Shown piece after piece: positions 39,911-49,408 of a DNA stretch of 64,000 bases. The notes under the pieces are model-generated. The model did no database searches. It saw only the letters and a list, made by a program, of their open reading frames with translations, and was not told the DNA's origin. The stretch's first letter is position 1, and every line of letters starts with the position of its first letter. Origin of the DNA: Escherichia virus TH06; the sequence record MT446386.1. The stretch is one strand, 5' to 3'. The position numbers were made by a program, and so were the translations under genes.

Positions 39911-39935
39911 GAAAAAACCCCGCCCGAAGGCAGGG
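39911..39935 (-). terminator. rho-independent terminator (minus strand)
   Basis: Minus strand CCCTGCC-TTCG-GGCGGGG followed by TTTTTTC. Confidence 0.6.
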
Positions 39936-39942
39936 TCTAGTT

Positions 39943-40455
39943 TTAAGCAGGTGTTACACCAGTAAAAGTGCATGTTGCATTGATGGATGGGTCAGCTGTC
40001 AAACTTGCTTGAACAGTAACTTCGCCACTTGCAGCAGCATCTAAGGTTAACGCACCAGCGGCGCTTACTGTACCAGCTTCTGTAGGGGTTACAACAAACG
40101 TGTAATCCGCAGCAGTAGAATTAGTTACAGTAAACATGGTAGTGAAGTTAGTGGAAGAACCACCAGTTTTACCCGTAATTGGACCCTTAGCTACAATAGT
40201 AGGAGCAGGAGCAACAATTTCAGAAATGGTTGCTGTACCAGAAACACCTTCTAAAGTTGCAGTAATGGATACATCAGTGGATTGAGACGCACTCGGAGCA
40301 GTATACAAACCAGACTGAGTGATAGAACCACCTCCTGTCACTGACCAAGTAAAGCCAGTTGTTTCGGTAGAACCATCACTTTTCTCCGCGCTTGCAGTGA
40401 ACTGCCGAGTAGCCCCTGTCTCTAGACTTGCTAAAGACGCAGGGCTAACAGTCAC
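39943..40455 (-). CDS. Ig-like domain protein, possible capsid decoration
   Basis: T/S/G-rich beta-rich sequence directly downstream of major capsid gene; GTG start. Confidence 0.45.
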   Translation of the reverse strand: MTVSPASLASLETGATRQFTASAEKSDGSTETTGFTWSVTGGGSITQSGLYTAPSASQSTDVSITATLEGVSGTATISEIVAPAPTIVAKGPITGKTGGSSTNFTTMFTVTNSTAADYTFVVTPTEAGTVSAAGALTLDAAASGEVTVQASLTADPSINATCTFTGVTPA

Positions 40456-40466
40456 ACTGTCTACTG

Positions 40467-41525
40467 TTACGCCGCCACCTTTCCCGCGGCAGTGAACAGA
40501 ACGCCGGAAGCGTACGGGTTGCGGTGACGCAGACCAACTTCCATTTCAATCATCCACTTCTCGTAAGAACCGTCTTTAGCCAGTTCAGTGCGTTTCGGAG
40601 CACGCAGAACCATCTGAGTCCAGTCAGCGCTACGGAAGAAGTAAACTGCATCGGTAGGCATCCAACGGTTAACGATGATTTTGTAGCTCTGGCCCAGCGG
40701 GTCAGTGATGCTGTTAACTTCGTAGATGAACTGCTTGGTGTTCTCAAAGATACGCTTACGTGAACCCTGAGTATTTTCTTGCAGACCAGCGAAGATCTTA
40801 GCATGAGCCGGGTTAATCATGATGATATCTGCTTCAGAACCAGCGGTATACAGTTGCAGAGTCATATCAAAGATATCAGCTTCGTCAAAACCAATGTTAG
40901 TGGTCGGGTTAGAAGCATTCTGTGCAACTTTAACAGTTACTGCACCAGTATCCGGGTCAGCAGGACCATTCTTGGTCTTGTCAACAACGCCACCAGCAAG
41001 ACCACCGTGAGCACACAGGAACTGGAATGCACCAGTCTTACGAGCTGCATGAGTGTCGTTCAGACCAACAGTTGCAGGATCAGTTGCAGAGTTAGTCAGG
41101 TACTGATCAGCCAGAACGTCGGTACGAGCCTGACCGGACAGAAGGATTTTCTCGAGGTCACGCTTGATCTCTTTACCTTTCTTCTCCAGCTGATACATCA
41201 GTTCACGACCACGACCGTAGTTAGCGGTGGTGTTAGCAGTATCAGAAACACGAACAACCTTACGCAGAATCTGAGTAACGTTAGATTTGATAACAGTCGG
41301 TTTCATTTCGCCGTCTTCAGCACGAGAGCCTTCGACGTGTGCGTTATTACCGTCAACGCTTGCCAGTGCATCGGTCTGCCAGCTAAAGATAGTCTGGTTG
41401 ATAGACTCTTTACCGGTCATAGATACGAACGGGGTATCCTGAGGGGACAGAACAGAAATCCAGTTAGCAAAAGAAAGTTTTTTACCATTCTGGTCATACG
41501 ATACAAATAAAGTTGGATTAGCCAT
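40467..41525 (-). CDS. major capsid protein
   Basis: 352 aa ORF directly after acidic scaffold gene in the canonical terminase-portal-scaffold-capsid order. Confidence 0.65.
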   Translation of the reverse strand: MANPTLFVSYDQNGKKLSFANWISVLSPQDTPFVSMTGKESINQTIFSWQTDALASVDGNNAHVEGSRAEDGEMKPTVIKSNVTQILRKVVRVSDTANTTANYGRGRELMYQLEKKGKEIKRDLEKILLSGQARTDVLADQYLTNSATDPATVGLNDTHAARKTGAFQFLCAHGGLAGGVVDKTKNGPADPDTGAVTVKVAQNASNPTTNIGFDEADIFDMTLQLYTAGSEADIIMINPAHAKIFAGLQENTQGSRKRIFENTKQFIYEVNSITDPLGQSYKIIVNRWMPTDAVYFFRSADWTQMVLRAPKRTELAKDGSYEKWMIEMEVGLRHRNPYASGVLFTAAGKVAA

Positions 41526-41566
41526 GTTATGTTAGCTCCTATACTATTAATAATTTAATTTGTCGA

Positions 41567-42643
41567 TTAATCTACGAGGAATTTGAATGCGTCTTCGTGA
41601 CTAACGCGACCCTCTGCGAATGCCTTGGCAACCTTAGCGTTGTCGGGCTTATTGGAAGTGCGAGACTTTGCAGCATCAGACTTCACAACCTTGCGTGGAG
41701 CACCGGGACGTTTAATCTTAGCCATCACCTGTTGCTTACCTTTATCAAATTGGTATGCTTTATGGAGAGCTAGGAAAATAGACGGACGGTTTTCCTTCAA
41801 TACTTCTTCTTCAGTAGCACCTAAGTCAATTGCGTATTGCATTAAGTTTTGATATAAGTTTTCATCCCAATTTGGAATCTCGCGTTTCAGAATATTAACA
41901 CATTCAATACTCTTGGCTTGGAAAGCTTCCTGCTCTTTAGCTGCTGCTTCCTGCTTAATACGGACCTGAGCCTGTTCAAGCTGTTGACGGCGAGCTGTGT
42001 ACTTCTCTAGGAAACGTTTGTTTTCAACATATGCTTGAGGATCTTCTACTGCAAGCTTGTCCCAATCAAAACCGTTATAATCTTCAATTACTCGGTCTGC
42101 TTCTAAAGACGCTAGTTCTAATACATCCTTCAAACCTACTACACGTTCCTCGAATGCTTCCATATGACGCTGAAGAGTTGATTCTCGTTCTGTCATATCA
42201 GCACCAGTAAGATAGCCATTAGAAAGTTCTTCAATAGTCATCTCACGTCCATCAGGAAGGGTGATAACGGTTTCGTAGTCTACATCAAAGACTTCACCTT
42301 CACCGTCAGCAGAATCATCTTCATACTCTGCATCGCTTGAATCTTCTTCCTCTTGTTCTTCTGCTTCAGAGGATTCGTCTTCATCTTCTTCGACTTCGCC
42401 TTCCTCTTCACGATCTTCCCAACCATCTTCATCTTCGAACTTAAGCTCATCGCTTTCACCGAGAAGGTCGGTATCAAAGTCGAAATCGTCACCGTCTTTT
42501 TCCGGGAACTCATCGTCAATGTCCACTTCTGGTTCTTGTTCAGATTCTAATCGACCGAGTTCTTCTTTGAAAGAACCTTTCAGGTCATCCAGTTGGAGGA
42601 AAGATTTAAAATCGTTCGGGTCAATATAATTATCTTGTGGCAT
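41567..42643 (-). CDS. scaffolding protein
   Basis: Highly acidic N-terminal region, helical; position between portal and capsid. Confidence 0.5.
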   Translation of the reverse strand: MPQDNYIDPNDFKSFLQLDDLKGSFKEELGRLESEQEPEVDIDDEFPEKDGDDFDFDTDLLGESDELKFEDEDGWEDREEEGEVEEDEDESSEAEEQEEEDSSDAEYEDDSADGEGEVFDVDYETVITLPDGREMTIEELSNGYLTGADMTERESTLQRHMEAFEERVVGLKDVLELASLEADRVIEDYNGFDWDKLAVEDPQAYVENKRFLEKYTARRQQLEQAQVRIKQEAAAKEQEAFQAKSIECVNILKREIPNWDENLYQNLMQYAIDLGATEEEVLKENRPSIFLALHKAYQFDKGKQQVMAKIKRPGAPRKVVKSDAAKSRTSNKPDNAKVAKAFAEGRVSHEDAFKFLVD

Positions 42644-42879
42644 TATGAAACATCTCCTGCACTATTGATAGCAGCTTTTATGACCTCTTTTAAGCTACCA
42701 ACCATTTTATACTTTTGATAACAATCTTCGCGTTTCTTATTCTCATGAGGTTCTGTTTGAACTATCTCTGTCATGAGTCTTTCTTTCAATGCCTCTAATG
42801 CTGCGTCAAGACTGCCGTTAAGGTTGAGAGCCGCCAAAGCGGCGGCGTGCTCTTTATTAAATTGATGTCTAATGTTCAT
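42643..42879 (-). CDS. hypothetical protein (78 aa)
   Basis: Track ORF between portal and scaffold. Confidence 0.4.
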   Translation of the reverse strand: MNIRHQFNKEHAAALAALNLNGSLDAALEALKERLMTEIVQTEPHENKKREDCYQKYKMVGSLKEVIKAAINSAGDVS

Positions 42880-42888
42880 TCGACGTCC

Positions 42889-45132
42889 TTAGTTTTTACT
42901 TCCAAGACGTTTGCCTGGAATCCGTGAATCTTTGAGAGAAGCTTGTTGCTCTTTCTTAGTTACATTAGCTTCTTTCTTTTGGAGTTCCAAAGTTTTATCC
43001 TGAACACGAGCTTGCTGAACAATCTTCTCTTGGTCTACCTGATGAGACATAACCATCTGCAATTCTTTCAGTACAGATTCATACTGACGGACCTGCTGTT
43101 GCATAAGAGCTAACTTGTGCTTAGCTTGTTCCAGAGTAGCATTGTTGTCTTCTTTACGGTTTTCCAGAGTCATTGCATCTGCTGCATTTTCTTGCTTGAA
43201 TTGCAACTCTTCCTGACGTAGACTTAATTCATCCGCAGCTTTCTGCTGTTCGAATGTAGTACGTTCACGTTGGTCGAATGCATCAGCAATCATCTTCTGA
43301 GAAGAAGCCTGTACGTTCTCAACCTGTGCTTTAGTCATCTCGAGCTGGAGGATTTCCATCGGAGAAGGTTCTGGAGGTTGATACTGTTCCAGAGGCAGAA
43401 GGTATTTATGTGTGTCCTTAATGCCCATCAACTCAAAGATCTGTGCAGTCATGTAACGATCTTGCTCCAAACCAAAGAGAGGCGCTAACTGTGCATCTGC
43501 TGCAATCAGCTGTTTCAAGCTAATCAGTTTCTGTGCACGTTCTGCTTTCTCATTAGGAGAGATAGCTACAACAACTTGAAGATTGTGACGAGCTGGCAGT
43601 TGTTTTGGATTTACCTGAATCATACCACGAGGGGTTTGTACCTCGATAGGAACTTCACCATTTTCTCTGATAAGGTTGTAAATACCACGCATCAATTCAA
43701 CCATACCGTTGTGAGCAATGTTACGACATACCATACGGAGGCGGTTCTGTGCAGCATTCATCATCAAGCCTACGGTTGCATAAGCGTTATCATTCTTAAA
43801 CACATCAGGGTTGATACCCATGCCTAGTTTGGTTACACCGGTACGTGTCTCTTTAAGCTCCTCAGACATGCCTAGAAGGCCGTCAATACCTTGAGGTAGG
43901 TTATGGTATGGGAACAGGTCAATAGCGTCCTGACGTTCCATTTCAACCACTCCACCGGGACGGTTATCAAGCAGAGAGCGACGGTCGTATGCACCAACAA
44001 GAGCTTTGTATCGACCATAGTTAGCATTGTTGACGTTATCAATATAACCACGAACTAACGCGGTACGTAAATCTTGAATATCTTTCGTAATGTCATAGAC
44101 CGATTGACCATAGAAGGAACCCGGAATCGGATACGGACAGAAGGTTACAAACGGAATGTGAGTTACTTCTTCAGTGTGAAGGATATGCTCACCAGCTTGA
44201 ATAACCTGATAGAGTTTAGACTCTTTATTCTTATCTAGAACACCAGTACGAATATAGTGCTCATAAACCCAAACCATAGAAGCGATATCTTCGGTATCTG
44301 TACCAATATCAGCATCAATATCCTGACGCCAGTCAGTACGAGACCAAGCAACTGTAGATTGAGTGGTATCCATCGTGTCTGTCCAGTCGTTGAATGCTTC
44401 AATCTCATCTTTAGGGAAGCCCATAGCAACCAGATCTTCTTTAGAGCGACGTACACGATGACAGAAATATTGTGCATCTGCGAAAGAGGTAGCATGTTCA
44501 TCAACAAAGATTTGCTCTGAAGGAACATATTCAACTTTCACACGTTTAACAGTTTGTTCGTAAGTAACTTTAACATCTACTGTACCATCTTCATTTTCTT
44601 CAGTGAAGATTTCCAGATTCTTGAGTCCACCAGCTTCTAATCCCTGAACATATGCAGCCAATGCTTCCGGTGGTACACCTTCAGCCTCTTCAGTTTGAGT
44701 AGAAGTTTGCTCATCCCAATAATACTTGATAAAAGAGTTACGAGTAACTAGACATTCTTGTGCAGCAGAAGAGATAATATTGTATCCCGGATTATCACGC
44801 AGAAGAATTTGGTTAACTAATTTAGTTGCTACATCAGCAGCATCAGAATCCTGTTGGTTGTCAGCTACGAAAGTAACTGCTTCATCACCAGAACAGAATA
44901 CGTTAATAATATCTTGCAATGTACCGTTAACAGATTCCCAAACAGTACGATCTACCCAACTAGAGCTGCCAGCAGTTACTGGTGCAGGTAAGTTACCATA
45001 GAAATATTCCCAAGCTTCACGAGCATAGCCCTTAACAGCCATGTCCACGTAACCTTGAGCGTAATTAAAACGACGTTGAAGGTCAACACGTAACTCGTCC
45101 AACACCTCTTCACTATATTTTTGCTTAGCCAT
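42889..45132 (-). CDS. portal protein
   Basis: 747 aa ORF immediately downstream of large terminase; C-terminal coiled-coil region. Confidence 0.6.
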   Translation of the reverse strand: MAKQKYSEEVLDELRVDLQRRFNYAQGYVDMAVKGYAREAWEYFYGNLPAPVTAGSSSWVDRTVWESVNGTLQDIINVFCSGDEAVTFVADNQQDSDAADVATKLVNQILLRDNPGYNIISSAAQECLVTRNSFIKYYWDEQTSTQTEEAEGVPPEALAAYVQGLEAGGLKNLEIFTEENEDGTVDVKVTYEQTVKRVKVEYVPSEQIFVDEHATSFADAQYFCHRVRRSKEDLVAMGFPKDEIEAFNDWTDTMDTTQSTVAWSRTDWRQDIDADIGTDTEDIASMVWVYEHYIRTGVLDKNKESKLYQVIQAGEHILHTEEVTHIPFVTFCPYPIPGSFYGQSVYDITKDIQDLRTALVRGYIDNVNNANYGRYKALVGAYDRRSLLDNRPGGVVEMERQDAIDLFPYHNLPQGIDGLLGMSEELKETRTGVTKLGMGINPDVFKNDNAYATVGLMMNAAQNRLRMVCRNIAHNGMVELMRGIYNLIRENGEVPIEVQTPRGMIQVNPKQLPARHNLQVVVAISPNEKAERAQKLISLKQLIAADAQLAPLFGLEQDRYMTAQIFELMGIKDTHKYLLPLEQYQPPEPSPMEILQLEMTKAQVENVQASSQKMIADAFDQRERTTFEQQKAADELSLRQEELQFKQENAADAMTLENRKEDNNATLEQAKHKLALMQQQVRQYESVLKELQMVMSHQVDQEKIVQQARVQDKTLELQKKEANVTKKEQQASLKDSRIPGKRLGSKN

Positions 45133-45160
45133 CTATTCTCTCCCTCGGTTGATAGCTTAA

Positions 45161-45186
45161 ATAAAAGAAGGGAGGACAAACCTCCC
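45161..45186 (-). terminator. intra-operon hairpin with T-run between terminase and portal
   Basis: GGGAGG-ACAAA-CCTCCC hairpin, TTCTTTTAT on minus strand. Confidence 0.35.
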
Positions 45187-45193
45187 CCTTACT

Positions 45194-46735
45194 TTAGTAA
45201 CTCTGATTCCATCTGCTTACGTTTGCCTCATACAGAGAAGCACTTCCGTAGCTAACGTCATGCTTAGAGCGACCACGATGTGTAACAGAGCACGCTGAAT
45301 AGCGCATTGCATCCATTAAGTCATCATGTTCTTTAATAATCTTACCAACCTTACGGTGATATCTAGCTTTCTCTTCGAATAGCTTAGCATTAGCGGCTGT
45401 GTTAAAGATTTTAAAGCGTCCACTCATCATTCTTTCTCGGATATCTGTGATTCCCGGTTCTACAAAGAAGTTCTTTTTACCATCCATTCCAATTTTGTTG
45501 TAGAAGGTCTCACTCTGTACGTTAACTCCTGCATTCTTATAGAATTGAGCAACAGATGAGCCACTACCTTTCTCAATATTGTCCGCATCGTGCGGTAGGA
45601 TGACAGGAATCCACTGACCACGACCATTAATAGCTGGAGCATGATACACTGGAGTAAAGCCACCTTCTTTATATGAGTCGTAAACATAGATAGTATCCGT
45701 GTTTGCATCGTAAGCTGTCCAAACAGCAGCAGTTGGGTGATCAATACCAATATCAATTGCACAGACACGTTTCCACGTATCAGGAATTTCGAATGGTTCA
45801 CATTTAATTGTGTCATCCGATACATCATAAATCAAACCACTTCCTAACAATGGCATACCTTTCGAACGCATCTCTAACTGCCACGCTGGAATACCTTCAG
45901 TCATATCTTTTATATCTTGGTCAGTGATATGTCCACCTAGGTCTGCATGAGCATCCCACCAAGAAGCGTTCTGGAAATATAGAGAACCTGTGTTCTCATC
46001 CCCTTCACCTTTCATAAATTTATCTACCAGTTCAGTTAAACCGTTCTCTGGTGTAGCTGTAATTGTAACTAGACCTTTAGTTGTGAGTGTACGTGTGACG
46101 CACTGTGCGAATATAGCCATAGACTCGTATGGATCTTCTTCGTCTAACCAAATGTAGTCAACTGTTGCACCCATCAATGTGTGTTCACCCTGTTGGGTTG
46201 AACGGAATTCTAATGTACTTAAACCGTCAAACTCCCCTCTCTCATTTTGATGTTTGATTTGTACGATTTGAAGTTTGTTACCATCTCGTTCTATCGTGTC
46301 AATGACGATAGCATCACGAGGAATGACACCTGTCCCCAATAAGTTTGTATCCTTTCCGATAGGTGTACCAAACAATTCCTTTTGCAATACTTTCCTTGTG
46401 GAATCCCCTGTAATACCAACTGCCCATGCTAAGATAGGTCTTTTAAATTTATATCCTGTCCACCAAGTTGGGTAGCGACCTGTGACATGACAAGCAAACT
46501 CGTATGCCTCGCTATAAGATTTACCAACACGGTTCGCTGCACACAAGAATCTAAAGCGATGCTTCAATCCTGCTGCATAAAATTTCTTTTGGAAGTCATA
46601 CGCCTTGAAAGACAAAATCTTATTATACTTCCTCCATTGGTCACGCTCTTTCAACATATTCAATAGTGCTTTCTTTTCCTCTACACTAAGATTGTTACCA
46701 GTTAGAGCTTCATAAATTTGTTTATCTAATGACAT
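45194..46735 (-). CDS. terminase large subunit
   Basis: P-loop ANRVGKSYSEAYEF near N-terminus, 513 aa, position upstream of portal. Confidence 0.75.
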   Translation of the reverse strand: MSLDKQIYEALTGNNLSVEEKKALLNMLKERDQWRKYNKILSFKAYDFQKKFYAAGLKHRFRFLCAANRVGKSYSEAYEFACHVTGRYPTWWTGYKFKRPILAWAVGITGDSTRKVLQKELFGTPIGKDTNLLGTGVIPRDAIVIDTIERDGNKLQIVQIKHQNERGEFDGLSTLEFRSTQQGEHTLMGATVDYIWLDEEDPYESMAIFAQCVTRTLTTKGLVTITATPENGLTELVDKFMKGEGDENTGSLYFQNASWWDAHADLGGHITDQDIKDMTEGIPAWQLEMRSKGMPLLGSGLIYDVSDDTIKCEPFEIPDTWKRVCAIDIGIDHPTAAVWTAYDANTDTIYVYDSYKEGGFTPVYHAPAINGRGQWIPVILPHDADNIEKGSGSSVAQFYKNAGVNVQSETFYNKIGMDGKKNFFVEPGITDIRERMMSGRFKIFNTAANAKLFEEKARYHRKVGKIIKEHDDLMDAMRYSACSVTHRGRSKHDVSYGSASLYEANVSRWNQSY

Positions 46736-46804
46736 ACTTCCTCCAATTTAAAAATAGAAAAGGGAAAGTCCCTTCGTCAAAGAACCTCCCCTTCTTTCCT
46801 TTAC

Positions 46805-47278
46805 TTAACTCTCGTCCGCTTCCTCCCCCTTTTCAGCGTCCTCAGAGTTGTCTTCTTCTGGAGGCATAACGTCGATACCAAGTGCTCCAGTCAAGAAGTC
46901 CTTGATTTGTGCATTCAATGATTCTTCGTTGATTACATTCTCTTCCTCAATCTTAACTTCAACAGAGGCCGCCTTAGGATATACCAGATCTGCAACTTTT
47001 GATGCAGCCTTGAATCTAAGATCAGGTGGAATATTAGGATCTTCGTAAATTTGAATTAACACTTCATCAGGAGACAAATGACTTGCAGCAACACGGTCCA
47101 ACATTAATTGTGTCAGTTTACCTCTACTACCTCTGGGTCGTCCGAATTTATTTCCCTTTTGAAACTTCCCATTGCTTGGATTCATACCACGGCCTTCAAG
47201 TTCTTCCGTTACTCCGGGTAATCTTCCTGTAATCTCAGCTACCTGTGCAGGCGTGAGTTCTCCGTTTTCTCCAAACAT
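46805..47278 (-). CDS. terminase small subunit (putative)
   Basis: 157 aa, basic GNKFGRPRGSRG DNA-binding-like segment, strong RBS GAAGGAG, directly upstream of large terminase. Confidence 0.5.
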   Translation of the reverse strand: MFGENGELTPAQVAEITGRLPGVTEELEGRGMNPSNGKFQKGNKFGRPRGSRGKLTQLMLDRVAASHLSPDEVLIQIYEDPNIPPDLRFKAASKVADLVYPKAASVEVKIEEENVINEESLNAQIKDFLTGALGIDVMPPEEDNSEDAEKGEEADES

Positions 47279-47304
47279 TTTATACTCCTTCTACATTATC
47301 AACA

Positions 47305-47329
47305 ACACAAAAAGCCTCCCAACGGAGGC
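47305..47329 (-). terminator. rho-independent terminator (minus strand)
   Basis: Minus strand GCCTCC-GTTG-GGAGGC followed by TTTTTGTGTTG. Confidence 0.6.
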
Positions 47330-47334
47330 AAATA

Positions 47335-47967
47335 TTACTTACAATCACCAACGGACAGGTTAAACATCTTACCTAGAGCAATCGTCTCACCTTCCCACGG
47401 AAGTTCTGCACCCTTCTCTTCCTCTAAAAGAATAGAGCCGTCGACCAAAAATTTTTCGTAGTCTCGCAGTGCGTCGTCTACTAGCTCACTCTTGTGAATC
47501 CATGTAATTGTTTCTGTACCATCCTCTTCGATTCTAACATCACGATGCCATTCATCTTTGGAGGTAATATAATCATGGAGCATTTCGTATTCAGCTTCTT
47601 CAATCATCTCAATCATTGCACGAGCATAGTCAGGGAGGTGATCATGTTTAGTAGATTCGTATTCAACTACTTCCAGAGTAGAAGGCTTAGCCCGTGCAAC
47701 TTCTTCAAGTACTTTTGAGCGATCTTTGTAGTAGTTCTCATATTTATCACCAATAGTACCGACTTGAAGTCCACGGTATTGTTCTACTAAACTCATCATA
47801 TCTTTCTTCTCCGTAATAGTTGGTTTAAGAATACTTCCACTATATAAATCTTGTACAGCCAATCCTGAAACATTTCCCATAGTTTCTAAATGCTGTAAGC
47901 TACAACCAGATCGACATAGCTGTGAATTGTAATCGTTAAGGTCCATCGCTTGGATTAAATTATTCAT
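47335..47967 (-). CDS. hypothetical protein (210 aa)
   Basis: Start moved to MNNLIQ after GGGAG. Confidence 0.45.
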   Translation of the reverse strand: MNNLIQAMDLNDYNSQLCRSGCSLQHLETMGNVSGLAVQDLYSGSILKPTITEKKDMMSLVEQYRGLQVGTIGDKYENYYKDRSKVLEEVARAKPSTLEVVEYESTKHDHLPDYARAMIEMIEEAEYEMLHDYITSKDEWHRDVRIEEDGTETITWIHKSELVDDALRDYEKFLVDGSILLEEEKGAELPWEGETIALGKMFNLSVGDCK

Positions 47968-48214
47968 TTGTATCTCCCTTGCTGTAATCTTTGTATGTTT
48001 CTTTTCTGTAAGTGCGGAATGCTCTGAAGAAGAGCCAACCAAAACTACTTACATCAATTGTAATATCGAAATCTGTTTCATCATCTAAATCAACAAGACG
48101 GCCTAAGCAAGTAGCTTCCATCCCTTCTTCAGAGTCACTGTTGACCACGAAAGCGTATGTCTCCGTTCTGAACCGAGGCACCATCTCTGATAAAAAGTCT
48201 AGTACTAAATTCAT
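47960..48214 (-). CDS. hypothetical acidic protein (84 aa), first gene of the minus-strand block
   Basis: Track ORF with RBS GGAGAAG. Confidence 0.4.
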   Translation of the reverse strand: MNLVLDFLSEMVPRFRTETYAFVVNSDSEEGMEATCLGRLVDLDDETDFDITIDVSSFGWLFFRAFRTYRKETYKDYSKGDTNE

Positions 48215-48237
48215 AATTCTTCTCCTCTGAATAAGAG

Positions 48238-48455
48238 TATAAAGGGCACATCATAAGACCTACCCGTAAAGGCCACCTCACATTAACACCCGTGAGAATA
48301 CCTGTATTCATTTTCGTAGTCTTCTTCAGAGAAGCTACCGTATTCATCTTCTGTCATACATCCCTCTGATAAAGTTAAGACATAAAGGGGACGTCATCTT
48401 TGATGACTACTTCACATTAAGGCACCCCCATAAAGGCCATGTCACGTTAAGGCCT
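48238..48455. repeat. iteron-like imperfect direct repeats (ATAAAGGsCAC...TCACrTTAA units, at least 4 copies)
   Basis: Read directly: copies near 48238-48285 and 48381-48452. Confidence 0.4.
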
Positions 48456-48535
48456 ATCCATCCATGTGCTGTGTTTAAGCTTACCACATTTACTACATCT
48501 CCAAGTGGACTTATAAAGGGTGTGAACTCTTTCAT

Positions 48536-49219
48536 CCCCGTAAGCTTTGCGTATCCGATAGTACTCATGATCACATTTGAATTGCTTAATGATTAACTTA
48601 ATTTTCCACATAAGTTCTCTTTCAACCTTATATATAAGAGTTTAAAATTCTGATTTGACTGAGTAGGGCTAGCCGCTTCCCGCGCGTTTCCTAAAAGGGG
48701 GGAGTCCTCATTTAAAAAAGGGTTATTGGCAATGCCTTTACCTTCCTTTTCAACGTTCCACTTTTCCCCGTGCCTACTCCCCGTTATTCTTTCCCCGTGT
48801 ATACCATCCTATTCATTAGCTACCCGTTTATTTAGTACCCCTTTAAAGAGTGAGAGAAAGGCTATACTCTGATAACGGTCTGTTAAGGCGTGATAATAAC
48901 AGGTCTAATAATACCCCTAGTTACTACCCCATTCCCCCATAGTTACGTTGATAATAGTTTCAATAGTAATGATTATGAGTGCAATAATGATATATGTATT
49001 AATTAAGTGGATGATTGTGTTTCTTTTATTCTTTTCTTTTTCAGCGTGCCTTTGTGAGCGTAGCGAACGTCTTTGATGTTTGAGTTATACAATTATTTAA
49101 GTGGTATATTATTACCGCACTATCTTGCTATGTTTCCCCGTGGTCTGTTCTGCGGTTGTGTGTTCCCCGTTTGCCCTGGTCTGTTGGTCTGCTACCCGTA
49201 GCACCAGCGTAACACCCGT
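48536..49219. repeat. region enriched for the pentamer CCCGT (about 11 copies in under 1 kb, mostly as TCCCCGT) plus GGTCTGTT direct repeats and an AT-rich tract
   Basis: Counted by eye; strongly over-represented. Confidence 0.4.
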
Positions 49220-49336
49220 AGGATTAGTGTTATAAAGTAACAATAGCTAGTAAGCTGATTCTCTGAGTATGGAAAGTTTAGTAAATTAAATTCCTTTAGT
49301 TTTCAGTGAGTTATAAGAAAGTTAGAAAATAAATGG

Positions 49337-49364
49337 TTGACAGGTTTTTCCTTTATTATATAGT
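49337..49364 (+). promoter_or_regulatory. sigma70-type promoter P0 (TTGACA, 16 nt spacer, TATAGT)
   Basis: Consensus -35 and near-consensus -10 about 45 nt upstream of gene 49409. Confidence 0.5.
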
Positions 49365-49408
49365 TGCGATTGTAATTTGTAGTTTTCATCAACCATAAGG
49401 AATATCAA

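Noticed and set aside
40524-41510. Plus-strand ORFs 40524-40763, 40779-41510 and 40819-41010, and minus ORF 40550-40804, overlapping the major capsid gene
   Set aside because: Antisense or alternative-frame overlaps of the capsid gene, with no RBS and implausible Ser/Thr/Arg-rich products.
47290-47298. TAATGTAGA (minus strand) as a late promoter for the small terminase gene
   Set aside because: 8/9 match, but it directly abuts the RBS, leaving no room for a leader; kept out of the feature list.
48135-48347. Minus-strand ORF of 70 aa across the iteron-like repeats
   Set aside because: Its sequence is generated by the DNA repeats themselves and it overlaps the 84-aa gene and its RBS; more likely repeat DNA than a gene.
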